Shown piece after piece: positions 1 through 10,220 of a stretch of DNA of 32,000 nucleotides; the stretch's first letter is position 1; every line of letters begins with the position of its first letter. Source of the DNA: Bacillus subtilis subsp. subtilis str. 168 (GTDB lineage Bacteria > Bacillota > Bacilli > Bacillales > Bacillaceae). The stretch covers positions 2,940,001 to 2,972,000 of the forward strand of contig NC_000964.3 in the NCBI RefSeq assembly GCF_000009045.1, in the 5' to 3' direction. Position numbers and translations under genes: made by a program. Under the pieces are notes generated by a model that saw only the letters and a program-made list of their open reading frames with translations, searched no databases and was not told the origin of the DNA.

Positions 1-696
1 TATTGGAAGCGTAAACATTTCTTTCGACCGAAGCACAATCAGCGGCCACAAGAAGTTGTTCCAGCTGTTTAAGGACTGAAGGATAATCATCGCACCGAAA
101 GCCGGTTTCATCAGCGGTGCCATAATCCTGAAAAAGATGCCGAATTCCGTACAGCCGTCCATCCTTGCAGAGTCCAGCAGATCTCTTGGAAGGCCAAGAG
201 CATATTGCCTGAAAAAGAAAACAGCAACAGGTGAAACGATAAACGGCAATATGACACCCGTATATGAATCGATCAAGTGCAGTCCGACAGTAAGTTTAAA
301 CAGAGGAAGCATCATCACTTCCAGCGGAACCATCATAATAATCAGCACAAGAACAAAGATGATATTTCTGCCCTTAAAATCATAAACCGCAAGCCCGTAC
401 CCGATCATCGAAGAAAAAAACAGAGTGAGCACAGTCGTAAAAAGTCCGAGTACAAGACTGTTAAAAAACCATTTGAAATAAATGCTGCCGCCATTAAACA
501 GAAATGTGTAGTTATCAAAACTCATCACTTTTGGATCAATATCAAGATTCAGCCCCACACGCAAAAGCTCAGATGACGGCTTTAATGATCCTAAAAGCAA
601 ACAGAAAATCGGAAAAAGATACAATAGGCTCAGCATCATAAAAAACAGGGTCAGCGCAATTCTATAAACGCTAAACTGAGGACTGTGCCGCAACAT
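1..696 (-). CDS. araQ: L-arabinan/arabino-oligosaccharide ABC transporter permease AraQ (N-terminal 232 codons, runs off left edge)
   Basis: Absent from ORF track because no stop lies in the window. Minus strand from ATG at 696 (MLRHSPQFSVYRIALTLF...) with GGAGGG RBS, directly abutting the araP stop at 697; the left end reads ...FGIFFRIMAPLMKPAFGAMIILQSLNSWNNFLWPLIVLRSKEMFTLPI, the typical permease region after the EAA loop. Confidence 0.93.
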   Translation of the reverse strand, partial: MLRHSPQFSVYRIALTLFFMMLSLLYLFPIFCLLLGSLKPSSELLRVGLNLDIDPKVMSFDNYTFLFNGGSIYFKWFFNSLVLGLFTTVLTLFFSSMIGYGLAVYDFKGRNIIFVLVLIIMMVPLEVMMLPLFKLTVGLHLIDSYTGVILPFIVSPVAVFFFRQYALGLPRDLLDSARMDGCTEFGIFFRIMAPLMKPAFGAMIILQSLNSWNNFLWPLIVLRSKEMFTLPI

Positions 697-1638
697 TTAT
701 CCCTCCCCCTTAAACGAGCCTGACAGCTTTAATGAAATCAGGCTGACAACAAGGATCACAATCAAAAGCACAATGCCGATGGCCGCTCCGTATCCCATTT
801 CATTGTAGGCAAGTCCCTGCTGATACAAATATCCGACAAGCGTCAGACCAATATTACCCGGGGAATTATTCTGCCAAAGGACGTAGCTTTCCTCAAACAT
901 CCTGAAGCCGCCGATGATGCTGATGGTCAGCACATATACGGTTACAGGCTTGAGAAACGGCAGCGTGATGTGCAGAAATTTTTTCATTGTATTCGCGCCG
1001 TCTATATCAGCGGCTTCGTACAGCTCTTTCGGCACATTTTGCAAACCTGCTAAAAAGTAAAGGATGTTGATTCCCATCCATCTCCATGAAGCAAGCAGCA
1101 CCATCAAAAACATGCCGGTATGTTCATTGTTCATCCAGTTCTGAGGTGAAAAGCCGAGTTTAAGTAGGATGGAATTGGCCAGAGACGTTTCCATTTCTCC
1201 GAAGATCAGCCGAAAAATGATCCCCGCGACAATGGTTGAGGTCAATGCCGGGATAAATAATGCTGATTTAAATATATTTCTAAATTTGACCAGCTTTGAA
1301 TTCAGGAATATGGCCAGAAGCAATGGAACAGGAATCAGCACGATCAGCGTCCAAAAGGTGTATTCCAGCGTATTCCAAAGGGCGGTATAGAACGTCGGGT
1401 TGTTTAGCGCTGTATAATTAGACAATCCGACAAAGGACACCTCTCCCGGCAAAATTCTTTGGAAGCTCATGATGAAGACACTAATGATGGGGTATAGAAA
1501 AAATACGAGAAAGGATAAAACGAATGGCGCTGTAAACAGATAGGGCGCCGCTTTTTTTGAATAAAACAGATCTCGCCAGCCTGATTGTTTCGCAGCTGAA
1601 GGAACGGGATGAACCGTTCCCGTTTTCACAGGTTTCAT
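697..1638 (-). CDS. araP: Arabino-oligosaccharide ABC transporter permease AraP
   Basis: 313 aa multi-TM protein with EAA-like loop (KELYEAADIDGANTMKKFLHITLPFLKP); position in ara operon. Confidence 0.95.
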   Translation of the reverse strand: MKPVKTGTVHPVPSAAKQSGWRDLFYSKKAAPYLFTAPFVLSFLVFFLYPIISVFIMSFQRILPGEVSFVGLSNYTALNNPTFYTALWNTLEYTFWTLIVLIPVPLLLAIFLNSKLVKFRNIFKSALFIPALTSTIVAGIIFRLIFGEMETSLANSILLKLGFSPQNWMNNEHTGMFLMVLLASWRWMGINILYFLAGLQNVPKELYEAADIDGANTMKKFLHITLPFLKPVTVYVLTISIIGGFRMFEESYVLWQNNSPGNIGLTLVGYLYQQGLAYNEMGYGAAIGIVLLIVILVVSLISLKLSGSFKGEG

Positions 1639-1673
1639 GAGAACCTCCCCGCTTTCACTTTTTGAATGGGATT

Positions 1674-2975
1674 CTATTTCTGTTTCAGTTCACCTGCCGC
1701 TCTGTCCAAGGCTTGTTTAGGCGTTTTTTGCTGAGATTTAAGCGCGTCGAACAATACGCTTCTGTTGACAAGGTCTGAAGCCTTGGCAAAATCCTCATGT
1801 AAATAAATTGGATTGATTTCATCCTTGATATCGAGCAGCACAGAAAAAATGCCTGTTCCGTTTTGGAAGTAATCCGTGTATTTGTTTTTCTCTTTCAATT
1901 CCTTGGAGCTCCAAACATCCCAGCGAAGCGGGTCAAAGCCGAGTACGCTCCAGAGTTTTTTATTTCCTTCTTCAGAGCCCTTCGCAAAGGCCAAAAACTC
2001 TTTTGCTAACTCAACATGCTTGGATTGCTTCGGTACAACAGTTGCCGTACCGCCCAAACCTGCCGAGCGGTCGCCCCCCTCTTTCCATGCCGGGAGCGGT
2101 CTGATGGCAATCTTCCCTTTCAGATCAGGCATATAATCGATAAATCTTCCCATATACCAAATCGGCATGAGAACTGAAGCAGCTCCTCCTTGGTTCATAA
2201 AGCCGTAGTATTCTTCACTGTGATGCCCGCCGCCCGGCGCAGGAATCATCGTTTTATCATTGATCATGTCTTTTAAATATTGAAGTGTTTTTACGTTGGT
2301 GTCATTATTGAGGATCAGCTTGCCGTTTTTATCAAAATAGCCTGAGTTTTGCTGTGAAATCATAGATAAGAACGTTGCGGAATCATTTGTTTCCACCGTT
2401 CCCATCGGCTTCCCGGTCACTTTGCGCACTTTCTGTCCGGCTTTATGGTAATCATCCCATGTTTTAATATCGTCAGGATTGACGCCGGCTTTTTTCATCA
2501 CATCCATGTTATAAAACATGACCGTTGTCCCTACATGTGTATCGAGTCCGTAAAGCTTTCCGTTTTTGCTGTACAATGTCAGCCGCGCCTCAACGAATTT
2601 ATCGCGATCCTTTTCAATCAGCGGAGTCAAGTCGGCAAGCGGTATGTCAGAGCCCTTCAAAAAGTTTGAAAAACGGGCCAATTCGACATCTGCAATATCA
2701 GGAACGCCTTCTCCCGCTATTAGGGAGATAGATAAGTTATCGTGCATTTGTCCATATGGATAAACGACCGTATTCAGCTTAATTTTGCGGTCAGGATATT
2801 TTTTGTTCCATTCCTTCACCATTTCCACATAGAACTGCTCATGAAGCCCGTTAAATGTCCAAAAGGTCAGCTCAGTTTCACCCGATTTGCCGGATGATTT
2901 TTCTGCTGAACACCCGGCAATGACTAATGTCAGCAACATCATGAGCACAAGAAAACAGACAGTCATTTTTTTCAT
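1674..2975 (-). CDS. araN: Arabino-oligosaccharide-binding lipoprotein AraN (probable start at MKKMTVCF, not the track start at 2993)
   Basis: Signal peptide with lipobox LVIAGC; extracellular solute-binding family 1 fold-like sequence; ara operon context. Confidence 0.93.
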   Translation of the reverse strand: MKKMTVCFLVLMMLLTLVIAGCSAEKSSGKSGETELTFWTFNGLHEQFYVEMVKEWNKKYPDRKIKLNTVVYPYGQMHDNLSISLIAGEGVPDIADVELARFSNFLKGSDIPLADLTPLIEKDRDKFVEARLTLYSKNGKLYGLDTHVGTTVMFYNMDVMKKAGVNPDDIKTWDDYHKAGQKVRKVTGKPMGTVETNDSATFLSMISQQNSGYFDKNGKLILNNDTNVKTLQYLKDMINDKTMIPAPGGGHHSEEYYGFMNQGGAASVLMPIWYMGRFIDYMPDLKGKIAIRPLPAWKEGGDRSAGLGGTATVVPKQSKHVELAKEFLAFAKGSEEGNKKLWSVLGFDPLRWDVWSSKELKEKNKYTDYFQNGTGIFSVLLDIKDEINPIYLHEDFAKASDLVNRSVLFDALKSQQKTPKQALDRAAGELKQK

Positions 2976-3005
2976 CTGCGTTACCCCTTCCATTCGAGGT
3001 GCGGG

Positions 3006-4190
3006 CTATTCATATAGACCATGGTTGATCAGCGTTTTGTTTTCATTGATGATTCTTAATCCGGTGCATCGGTCTCTTAAGGTGTGCGCGTGTCTGAAGG
3101 CATTTTTGACGGAATCCTGCCCGACACCGATTTCGTCAAAATACGCAGGGCCTCCGGCTGATCTCAGCCAATCAGCCAGCACTTCTCCTCTCGGGAGTGT
3201 TTGATAAGCCGATTGGATGGCTTCCCGGCGGCTTGGTGAAAATTCGTTCAGCCCGTCATCCTGAGCGAGCTTTCTGTATGTGTCAGTTAATAAAACAGCG
3301 GCACAGCCCACCTTTGCCCCATGAAGAATCTGAGGCCGTTTTTTCTCCATTAACTCCATTTCAATCCAATGTGAAATATGATGCTCGCCGCCTGATGCCG
3401 GTCGGGAATGATCTAATGCCAGCATGACAAGCCCCGATACAAGTAAAGACTCCATCAAAACCCGTATGCCAGTTTCCGTTTTCATCGCAATGTCTTCTGT
3501 GTGTTCAATGCAGGCAGCAAGCGCCTCCTGAACGATCTTAGCTCCTGCAGGCGAATAAGGCTCACCGGCAAGATGCCGGGATATTTCCCAATCTGCTAAA
3601 GACGTGATTTTACCGAGCATGTCACCAAAGCCAGCCGCCACCATTGACTGCGGTGCCGCTTTTAATAGATCCAGATCAGCGAACAGCGCAGATGGGGCCT
3701 TCGTTTGAATGGTTGTTTTCGTGCCGTATAAAATAATCGGCGCACCGGCTGATGTAAAACCGTCTACAGATGGAGCAGTCGGATAAGAAATAAACGGCAA
3801 ATCTCTTTGAAACGCCGCAAAGCGGACGATATCATGAATCGTGCCCGAACCGACTGCGATCATGACATCCGTTGGTTGTTTCGTATGGATCAGCACATGA
3901 ATGAGCGATCGTTCATCAGCTGTCACATCTCCGGCTTCATTTTCTGGAATGATCAGGCACTCGGCCTGAAATCCTTCTTGATTCAGTCGGTTTTCTAAAT
4001 CAATTCCTGCAATGCGGTGTGTATTCGCGTCGCAGACAAGGACAATATGTTGATTGTTTTTTCGTTTTACATAATCCAAAAGCGAATCAGCTGCTTGCTT
4101 ACCGAGAACAATTTCTTCAACTTTTATAGGCAACGTCTTTTCTCCGGCGTTTTCAAAAGCACGCTGAACGTCAGCTGCGATACGATTCAT
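3006..4190 (-). CDS. araM: Glycerol-1-phosphate dehydrogenase [NAD(P)+] AraM/EgsA
   Basis: 394 aa, dehydrogenase with GSGTIHDIVRFAA nucleotide-binding motif and metal-ligand histidines; start overlaps araL stop (ATGA). Confidence 0.93.
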   Translation of the reverse strand: MNRIAADVQRAFENAGEKTLPIKVEEIVLGKQAADSLLDYVKRKNNQHIVLVCDANTHRIAGIDLENRLNQEGFQAECLIIPENEAGDVTADERSLIHVLIHTKQPTDVMIAVGSGTIHDIVRFAAFQRDLPFISYPTAPSVDGFTSAGAPIILYGTKTTIQTKAPSALFADLDLLKAAPQSMVAAGFGDMLGKITSLADWEISRHLAGEPYSPAGAKIVQEALAACIEHTEDIAMKTETGIRVLMESLLVSGLVMLALDHSRPASGGEHHISHWIEMELMEKKRPQILHGAKVGCAAVLLTDTYRKLAQDDGLNEFSPSRREAIQSAYQTLPRGEVLADWLRSAGGPAYFDEIGVGQDSVKNAFRHAHTLRDRCTGLRIINENKTLINHGLYE

Positions 4191-5005
4191 ATCAGAATCC
4201 CCTCCTCAGCCAATTTGGTTACATCCTTAATAGAATCCAGCACATAATCCGGCGTGTACAAACGCTGTTCACCCTGTTTCGCAGAACCAGTTAGCACTAA
4301 GGCGCTTTTCATGCCATAAAGCTTCCCCATCGCAATGTCAGATTCAATGCTGTCTCCTATAATCATGCATTCATGTGCGGACAGCCCCATTGCTGTACAG
4401 GCAGCCTCCGCCATCAGCCATGACGGTTTTCCGACAACAAGTTCAGTCTTCGCTTGTGCAGAAGTCTCAATTGCCCCGATCATTCCGGCCACATCAATGG
4501 CATTTCCGTCTTCGTTCGGAAAAGAGCGGTCTTTGTTTGTAGCGATAATACGAGCGCCGCCGGCAGCCGCTTGAAAGGCTTGATTTAAATCGTCGTACGT
4601 GAGCGTTTCATGAAGGGAGATCACGAGCCAATCCGCTTCCTTCGGTTCGCTCGCGTTCTGCACACCGGCCAGCCTCAGCTCGTCAACCAAGCCTTGCTCC
4701 CCAAGCACCCATACCTTTGAAAAACGATAATGTTTTTTCAGAAAAGCCGCTGTCACGCTTGATGACAGAACAATGTCGTTTACGTCCGTTTCAATCCCCG
4801 CGCCAAGAAGTTTTTTTCTGCACATGGCACGGGAGATATTCCCCCGGTTGCTTAAAAAGACGATTTTCTTTCCCATTCTCCTAAGCGTTTTGATCGCTTC
4901 TCTTGCTCCTTCGATCAACTCATTTCCTCTGAATACAGTACCGTCCAAGTCAATCAGAATGCCAGCCGGTGACACAGGCGTATCATGACTGGCCATAATA
5001 CGCAT
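4187..5005 (-). CDS. araL: HAD-superfamily sugar phosphatase AraL (start probably at MRIMAS, 5005, or MASHD, 4996, rather than the track start 5038)
   Basis: HAD motif [13 protein letters not shown], later [24 protein letters not shown]; 5' end overlaps araD. Confidence 0.9.
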
Positions 5006-5672
5006 TTGCTCCGTGTTTTCGATAAAAATGCTTTTCATGCAGGACTGTATTGATTGGGGTTACATCCTTGTTCAGCATAATGGAGTGATAGGCCATTTCG
5101 GCAACCGTTTCTAATACAACTGCGTTATGAATGGCATTTAAGGCGTCAGTGCCCCAGCAGAACGGTCCGTGATTATTCACGAGCACACCCGGCACCTGTT
5201 CGTAATTATGATGCTGAAAGGTTTCCGCTATGACTTTTCCTGTATTCAGTTCGTAGTCATGAATGATTTCTTCATCGTACATTTCTCGAGTACATGGAAT
5301 CGCACTGTCAAAATAATCAGCATGGGTCGTGCCTAACGGAGGGATGTCTCTGCCCGATTGCGCCCAGCTTGTCGCCCATTGAGAATGGGTATGGACAATT
5401 CCCCCGATATTCGGAAAGGCTTTATATAGATAAACATGGGTAGGTGTATCTGAAGAAGGTTTAAGCGAGCCTTCGACGACCTCTCCATCAAGGTTCAAAA
5501 CAACCAAGTCATCGGCTGTCAGGTCGCTGTATTCGACTCCGCTAGGTTTGATGACAATTCTTTCTTTTTCACGGTCAATGCCGCTGACATTTCCCCACGT
5601 AAAGGTTACCAGCTGATGCTCTTGAAGCTTCAGGTTGGCAGCCAGCACTTCTTTTTTTAATGTTTCAAGCAT
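4983..5672 (-). CDS. araD: L-ribulose-5-phosphate 4-epimerase
   Basis: 229 aa class II aldolase/epimerase with [12 protein letters not shown] and [13 protein letters not shown] motifs. Confidence 0.97.
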
Positions 5673-5688
5673 GCTCCATCACCCTTTA

Positions 5689-7371
5689 TCAATTCTTTTT
5701 GGCGGCAGATGAAAATTGAAGATTTTTGATCGTTTTCAGACGCTTCATGACATGGTTTTCTTTTCCGAAATAATGAACCAGCTCTTTATATTCAGCGTAC
5801 AATTTTTCATAAACCGCGGCGTTTTCGGCATTTGGCGTATAAGTTATATCTTTCAGTTTTCCCATGTTCGCCGCTGCCTTTTTGATATCATCGTAGCCGC
5901 CTTTTTCTTTGCCTGCTGCAAGCGCGCCGAAAATGGCAGATCCTAAGGCTGGGGCTTGCGGTGAACCAGAGATTTTAATGTCCATGTTTGTCACATCCGC
6001 ATAAATCTGCATGACAAACGGGTTTTTCTCAGCTATTCCGCCGGCTGCGAACAGTTCCTCAATCGGAACACCGCTTTCTTTGAATGTTTCGATAATCATC
6101 CGGGTTCCGTAAGCTGTCGCTTCAACTAACGCTCTATAAATCTCTTCAGGCTTCGTCAGCAGTGTCATGCCAAGCAGCATCCCTGTTAAATCTGCATCAA
6201 CAAGAGTTGAACGGTTTCCATTCCACCAATCTAAAGCAAGCAAGCCGCTTTCACCAGGCGCTTGATGGTTTGCTTTCTCACTCAGCAGCTCATGAACGCC
6301 AATGTTTTTTTCCTTTGCTTCCTCTTGATAAGCTGGCGGGACACATGTTTTCACAAACCAGTCAAAATGATCGCCGACACAGGACTGCCCGGCTTCATAT
6401 CCCGCATAGCCCGGGAGAATTCCGTTGTCCACAACGCCGCACATTCCTGGAACGATATGCACCTCTTCACCAAGTAGAACATGGCACGTCGAGGTTCCCA
6501 TAATCATCAGCATTTTCCCTGGCTCTGTAATGCCGACCGCCGGTACCGAAACATGAGCGTCCACATTGGCAACCGCAACAGCCGTTCCCGGGAGAAGCCC
6601 TGTCAGCTTTGCCATTTTTTCAGTCAGACTGCCGGCTTTTTCTCCTACTGAATGAATAGAACCTGACAATTTGTCCTTTGTAATCGTTTTCATTGAAGGA
6701 TTTAATTTCTCAAAGAAATCATCTGACGGATACCCCGCTTTTTCACTCCACATCGCTTTATACCCTGCGGTACAATTGCTTCGCTTGAGCGAGCCGCACA
6801 GCTGGTACACGATCCAGTCCGCAGCCTCGATGATCCGGTCAGCCGCTTCATAAATGTGAGGCGCTTCCTCGGCAATTTGCATGACCTTTGGAATCATCCA
6901 TTCTGATGAAATTTTTCCTCCGTACCGCTGTAAAAAAGCCTCTCCTTCTTCTTCCGCGATTTGATTGAGCCGATCAGCATGTTTTTGGGCCGCATGATGC
7001 TTCCAGAGCTTCACATAGCTGTGCGGCTCCTCTTCATATTCAGGCAGCATGCATAACGGCTGCCCGCTGCTGTCAATAGGAAGGATCGTACATGCCGTGA
7101 AATCAATTCCAATCCCGATAATGTCTTTCGGGTCAACGCCCGTCTGTTCGAGTAAAGACGGAATGGTTGTTTCCAAGACTTCGAGGTAATCAGCAGGGTG
7201 CTGCAGCGCCCAGTCACGCGGCAGCTTTTGACCCGTTTTTGGAAGGACGGTATCAATGACAGCATGCCTGTATTCTTTTACAGCAGCCGCAAGTTCCTCC
7301 CCTGTTTGGACATGAACGAGCACTGCTCTTCCTGATAAAGTTCCAAAATCAACCCCTATTGTGTAAGCCAT
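5689..7371 (-). CDS. araB: L-ribulokinase
   Basis: 560 aa FGGY kinase: [15 protein letters not shown]-terminus, [17 protein letters not shown] near C-terminus. Confidence 0.97.
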
Positions 7372-7384
7372 GTGACATCCCCCT

Positions 7385-8875
7385 CTACTTTTGAAGCCGG
7401 TAAAGCGCCTCGTTCCATTTTAACTCGTGTTTCAGTTTATGAATTGTCGTATCACGGGAAATGAGAACACTTTCGATTCCCGCCATTTCCGCCCAATCAA
7501 GCATTTGCTCCGCTGTCAGTTCATAAGACAGGCAGGTATGGTGTGCACCGCCGGCTAAAATCCATGCCTCCGCTGCTGTTTTCAATGACGGCTCCGGCTT
7601 CCAGAGAACACGGGCAACCGGTAAATTCGGCATGTCTTTTTCAATTTCCTGGCCGTTGACTTCATTCAGCACAAGGCGGAAACGCCCGCCAATATCAACA
7701 ATGCTAGCTTGAATGGCAGAACCGCTGATGCCGTTAAATACCAAACGCGCAGGGTCCTCTTTGCCGCCAATCGAAAGCGAATGAACCTCGATTTTCGGCT
7801 GATCCAAAGCGACAGTCGGACACACTTCAAGCATGTGAGAGCCCAGAATCATTTCATTTCCCGGTTCAAAATGGTACGTGTAATCTTCCATGAAGGAAGT
7901 TCTTTTTCCTTTAGCCATGATTTTCATCATCCGTACAAGGGCCGCTGTCTTCCAATCTCCTTCACCGGCAAACCCATAGCCTTTCTCCATCAGGCGCTGA
8001 ACGGCAAGTCCCGGCAGCTGTTTCATTCCGTGCAGCACTTCAAACGATGTCGTAAACGCTGTGTATCCGCCTTGCTCAAGAAAAGCGGTTAATCCAAGTT
8101 CAATTTTCGCCTGTTCTTTAATGGACGCTACCTTTGCTTCGTCACGTTTTGTTTCCTCACTGATCACATATAGTCTGTCATACTCGGCATAAAGCGTGTC
8201 AACCTCGTCGTCCGTAATGCGATCCATCACTTCAACGAGATCCCCGATGCCATATCCGTCAACCTGCCAGCCAAATTGAATATGCGCTCCCACCTTGTCT
8301 CCGTCCGTTACCGCGACATGACGCATGTTATCTCCAAATCTGGCAACCTTAATATGTCTGCTTTCATTTAATGCAGCCGCCGTATCCATCCACTGGGACA
8401 TTTCTTTTTTCACTTCTTCATCATCCCAATAGCCGGCAATGACTTTTCGGCTAAGCCCCATTCTCGAGTTGATGTAACCGTACTCTCGATCGCCATGCGC
8501 GGATTGGTTGCTGTTCATAAAATCCATGTCAATCGTACCCCACGGGATATCGCGATTATATTGGGTATGCAAATGCATAAGCGGTTTTTGATAAGAGGAA
8601 AGGCCTTCTATCCACATTTTTGCAGGGGAAAATGTGTGCATCCATGTAATGATGCCAGCACATGTCTCACTGTACTCCGCTTCTCTTAACAGCTCTCTAA
8701 TGGTTTCCGGTGAAGTGACGACGGGCTTATGAGTGATTTTATATCTGGAAGAAATCCCGCTGAGCCCCTCACAAATGCTTTTAGCATGCTGATCTACGAG
8801 TTCCAGCGTCTCTTCCCCGTATAGGTGCTGGCTTCCTGTCACAAACCAGAATTCATAATCCTTTGTCTGAAGCAT
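7385..8875 (-). CDS. araA: L-arabinose isomerase
   Basis: 496 aa, [17 protein letters not shown]-terminus and full-length isomerase similarity. Confidence 0.98.
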
Positions 8876-8898
8876 GTAAACTGCCCCTTTCTCATAAA

Positions 8899-8912
8899 AT
8901 AAAACGCTTTCA
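8899..8912 (-). promoter_or_regulatory. Catabolite-responsive element (cre) in araA leader
   Basis: Minus strand TGAAAGCGTTTTAT matches cre consensus, between the araA promoter and araA RBS. Confidence 0.8.
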
Positions 8913-8916
8913 AATA

Positions 8917-8938
8917 CAAAAGATACGTACTAATGATA
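8917..8938 (-). promoter_or_regulatory. Putative AraR operator, distal copy (ACAAAAGATACGTACTAATGAT)
   Basis: TACGTAC core resembling the known AraR operator family, in the araA leader. Confidence 0.65.
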
Positions 8939-8959
8939 GAAAATAAACCTATAAATAAA

Positions 8960-8980
8960 TATTTGTACGAACAATTTTAT
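8960..8980 (-). promoter_or_regulatory. Putative AraR operator, proximal copy (TATTTGTACGAACAATTTTAT)
   Basis: ATTTGTACG core immediately downstream of the -10 box, spaced about 4 helical turns from the other copy. Confidence 0.75.
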
Positions 8981-9007
8981 TATAGTAATTGACTATTATA
9001 CTGTCAA
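8979..9007 (-). promoter_or_regulatory. SigA promoter of the araABDLMNPQ operon
   Basis: Minus strand TTGACA-17 nt-TATAAT. Confidence 0.9.
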
Positions 9008-9020
9008 TCTTTTCTTTTAA

Positions 9021-9049
9021 AAAAAGCCGGGGGCAGAGCCCGGCTTTTT
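9021..9049 (-). terminator. Intrinsic terminator of abnA
   Basis: AAAAAGCCGGG/CCCGGCTTTTT perfect stem followed by T-run on the minus strand. Confidence 0.88.
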
Positions 9050-9052
9050 AAT

Positions 9053-10024
9053 TCAATAGGACGGCCAGCCCGAGCTCCAATTCAAATCATTGATGAGAAG
9101 CTTTGGAATGCCGTTGTCATTGGCATCATAGGCATGGCGAACAAGAATGTTTCCGTTCACAATATCCTGGCCTCCAGGTCCTTTCCATTGGTCATTGCCC
9201 GAATCCAAAATGGTGCCTCCGCCTTCAAGCATGCTTTTTCCGCTTTTATCAAGATAAGGGCCTGTAATGCTTTTGGATCTTCCGTAAGCAATTTTGTACG
9301 TACTGTTTACCCCGTCACAGCATTTATCAAATGAAACCATTAAATAGTAATATCCATTTTGATACGTAAGAGTAGGAGCTTCTAAGGCACCTCCATTATT
9401 CGGTCTAGCTGCAATCGAATAGAGCGAGCCTGTAGGCTTCATTGTACTCTTATCGAGCTTAGTCAGCTTAATGCCGCTCCAAAACGAGCCGAATGCAAGC
9501 CACGGGTTGCCATCCTTATCGAATGTCAGCTCCGGATCAATGGCGTTATAATTATTTGAGCTTGTCGAACGGATCACCAAGCCCTCGTCCTTCCAGCCCC
9601 CCGAACTGATGCTTGTTGAAGATGCCAGGCCAATGGCAGATGTATTGCTTCCAAAAGAAGAAACGGAATAATATAGCCAGTACTTGCCGTTATAGTATTG
9701 GATGTCCGGCGCCCACTGGTTTTGGCCATAATTCGGCACATAATTGGACCACCACGATAGCGGTGTAGTGAAAATGGATTTTTGTACGGTCCAATTTTTA
9801 GCGTCTGAAGACTTCAAAACCCGCAGTCCCCGTTCTTCAGTAAGCCCTGTTCCGAGCGCATACCATGAGCTCCCCTCTTTAATCATAGTCGGGTCATGAA
9901 GCAGCTCATTGGATGCACCCCAAAACGCTGCCTCTGCGGGAGCAGCAGAAGTGAATATCAAACCTGCAGCCAGAGCTGCACTCGAAAAGTGTAAGAAGCG
10001 TTTCCATGTTTTTTTCTTTTTCAA
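9053..10024 (-). CDS. abnA: Secreted arabinan endo-1,5-alpha-L-arabinosidase (GH43), TTG start
   Basis: 323 aa with Sec signal peptide (...AALAAGLIFTSAAPAEA) and GH43-like sequence (LLHDPTMIKEG, YAIDPE-like NAIDPELTFDKDG); TTG start preceded by AAAGGAGG. Confidence 0.95.
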   Translation of the reverse strand: MKKKKTWKRFLHFSSAALAAGLIFTSAAPAEAAFWGASNELLHDPTMIKEGSSWYALGTGLTEERGLRVLKSSDAKNWTVQKSIFTTPLSWWSNYVPNYGQNQWAPDIQYYNGKYWLYYSVSSFGSNTSAIGLASSTSISSGGWKDEGLVIRSTSSNNYNAIDPELTFDKDGNPWLAFGSFWSGIKLTKLDKSTMKPTGSLYSIAARPNNGGALEAPTLTYQNGYYYLMVSFDKCCDGVNSTYKIAYGRSKSITGPYLDKSGKSMLEGGGTILDSGNDQWKGPGGQDIVNGNILVRHAYDANDNGIPKLLINDLNWSSGWPSY

Positions 10025-10048
10025 TTTTGTTCAACCTCCTTTATTTTA

Positions 10049-10066
10049 GAAAGCGCTTACAAATTA
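10049..10066 (-). promoter_or_regulatory. cre site in abnA 5' region
   Basis: Minus strand TTTGTAAGCGCTTTCTAA, near-perfect cre. Confidence 0.75.
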
Positions 10067-10184
10067 GATTATTTATCCTCCCTTCCTGTCAAATCGACTG
10101 CGTATCGTATATCGTCATGTTCAGGAAATTTTCGGTATCCCCTTTATTGTAGTCACTATGCTGTAATTTGTACAGACAAAAAAA

Positions 10185-10211
10185 TAGAATCCACCTCAAT
10201 AGGCGGATTCT
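10185..10211 (-). terminator. Intrinsic terminator of ysdC
   Basis: Minus strand GAATCCGCCTATTGAGGTGGATTC stem-loop followed by TATTTTTTT. Confidence 0.75.
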
Positions 10212-10220
10212 TCCGTATCT

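Noticed and set aside
137-385. Short + strand ORFs at 137..385 and 277..576
   Set aside because: Antisense to araQ; low-complexity composition, no RBS, while the minus strand carries an uninterrupted permease gene.
7709-8092. 127 aa + strand ORF within araA (and similar ORFs within araB, lytS, gapB, thrS, dnaB)
   Set aside because: Antisense shadows of well-conserved genes; no RBS or recognisable domain.
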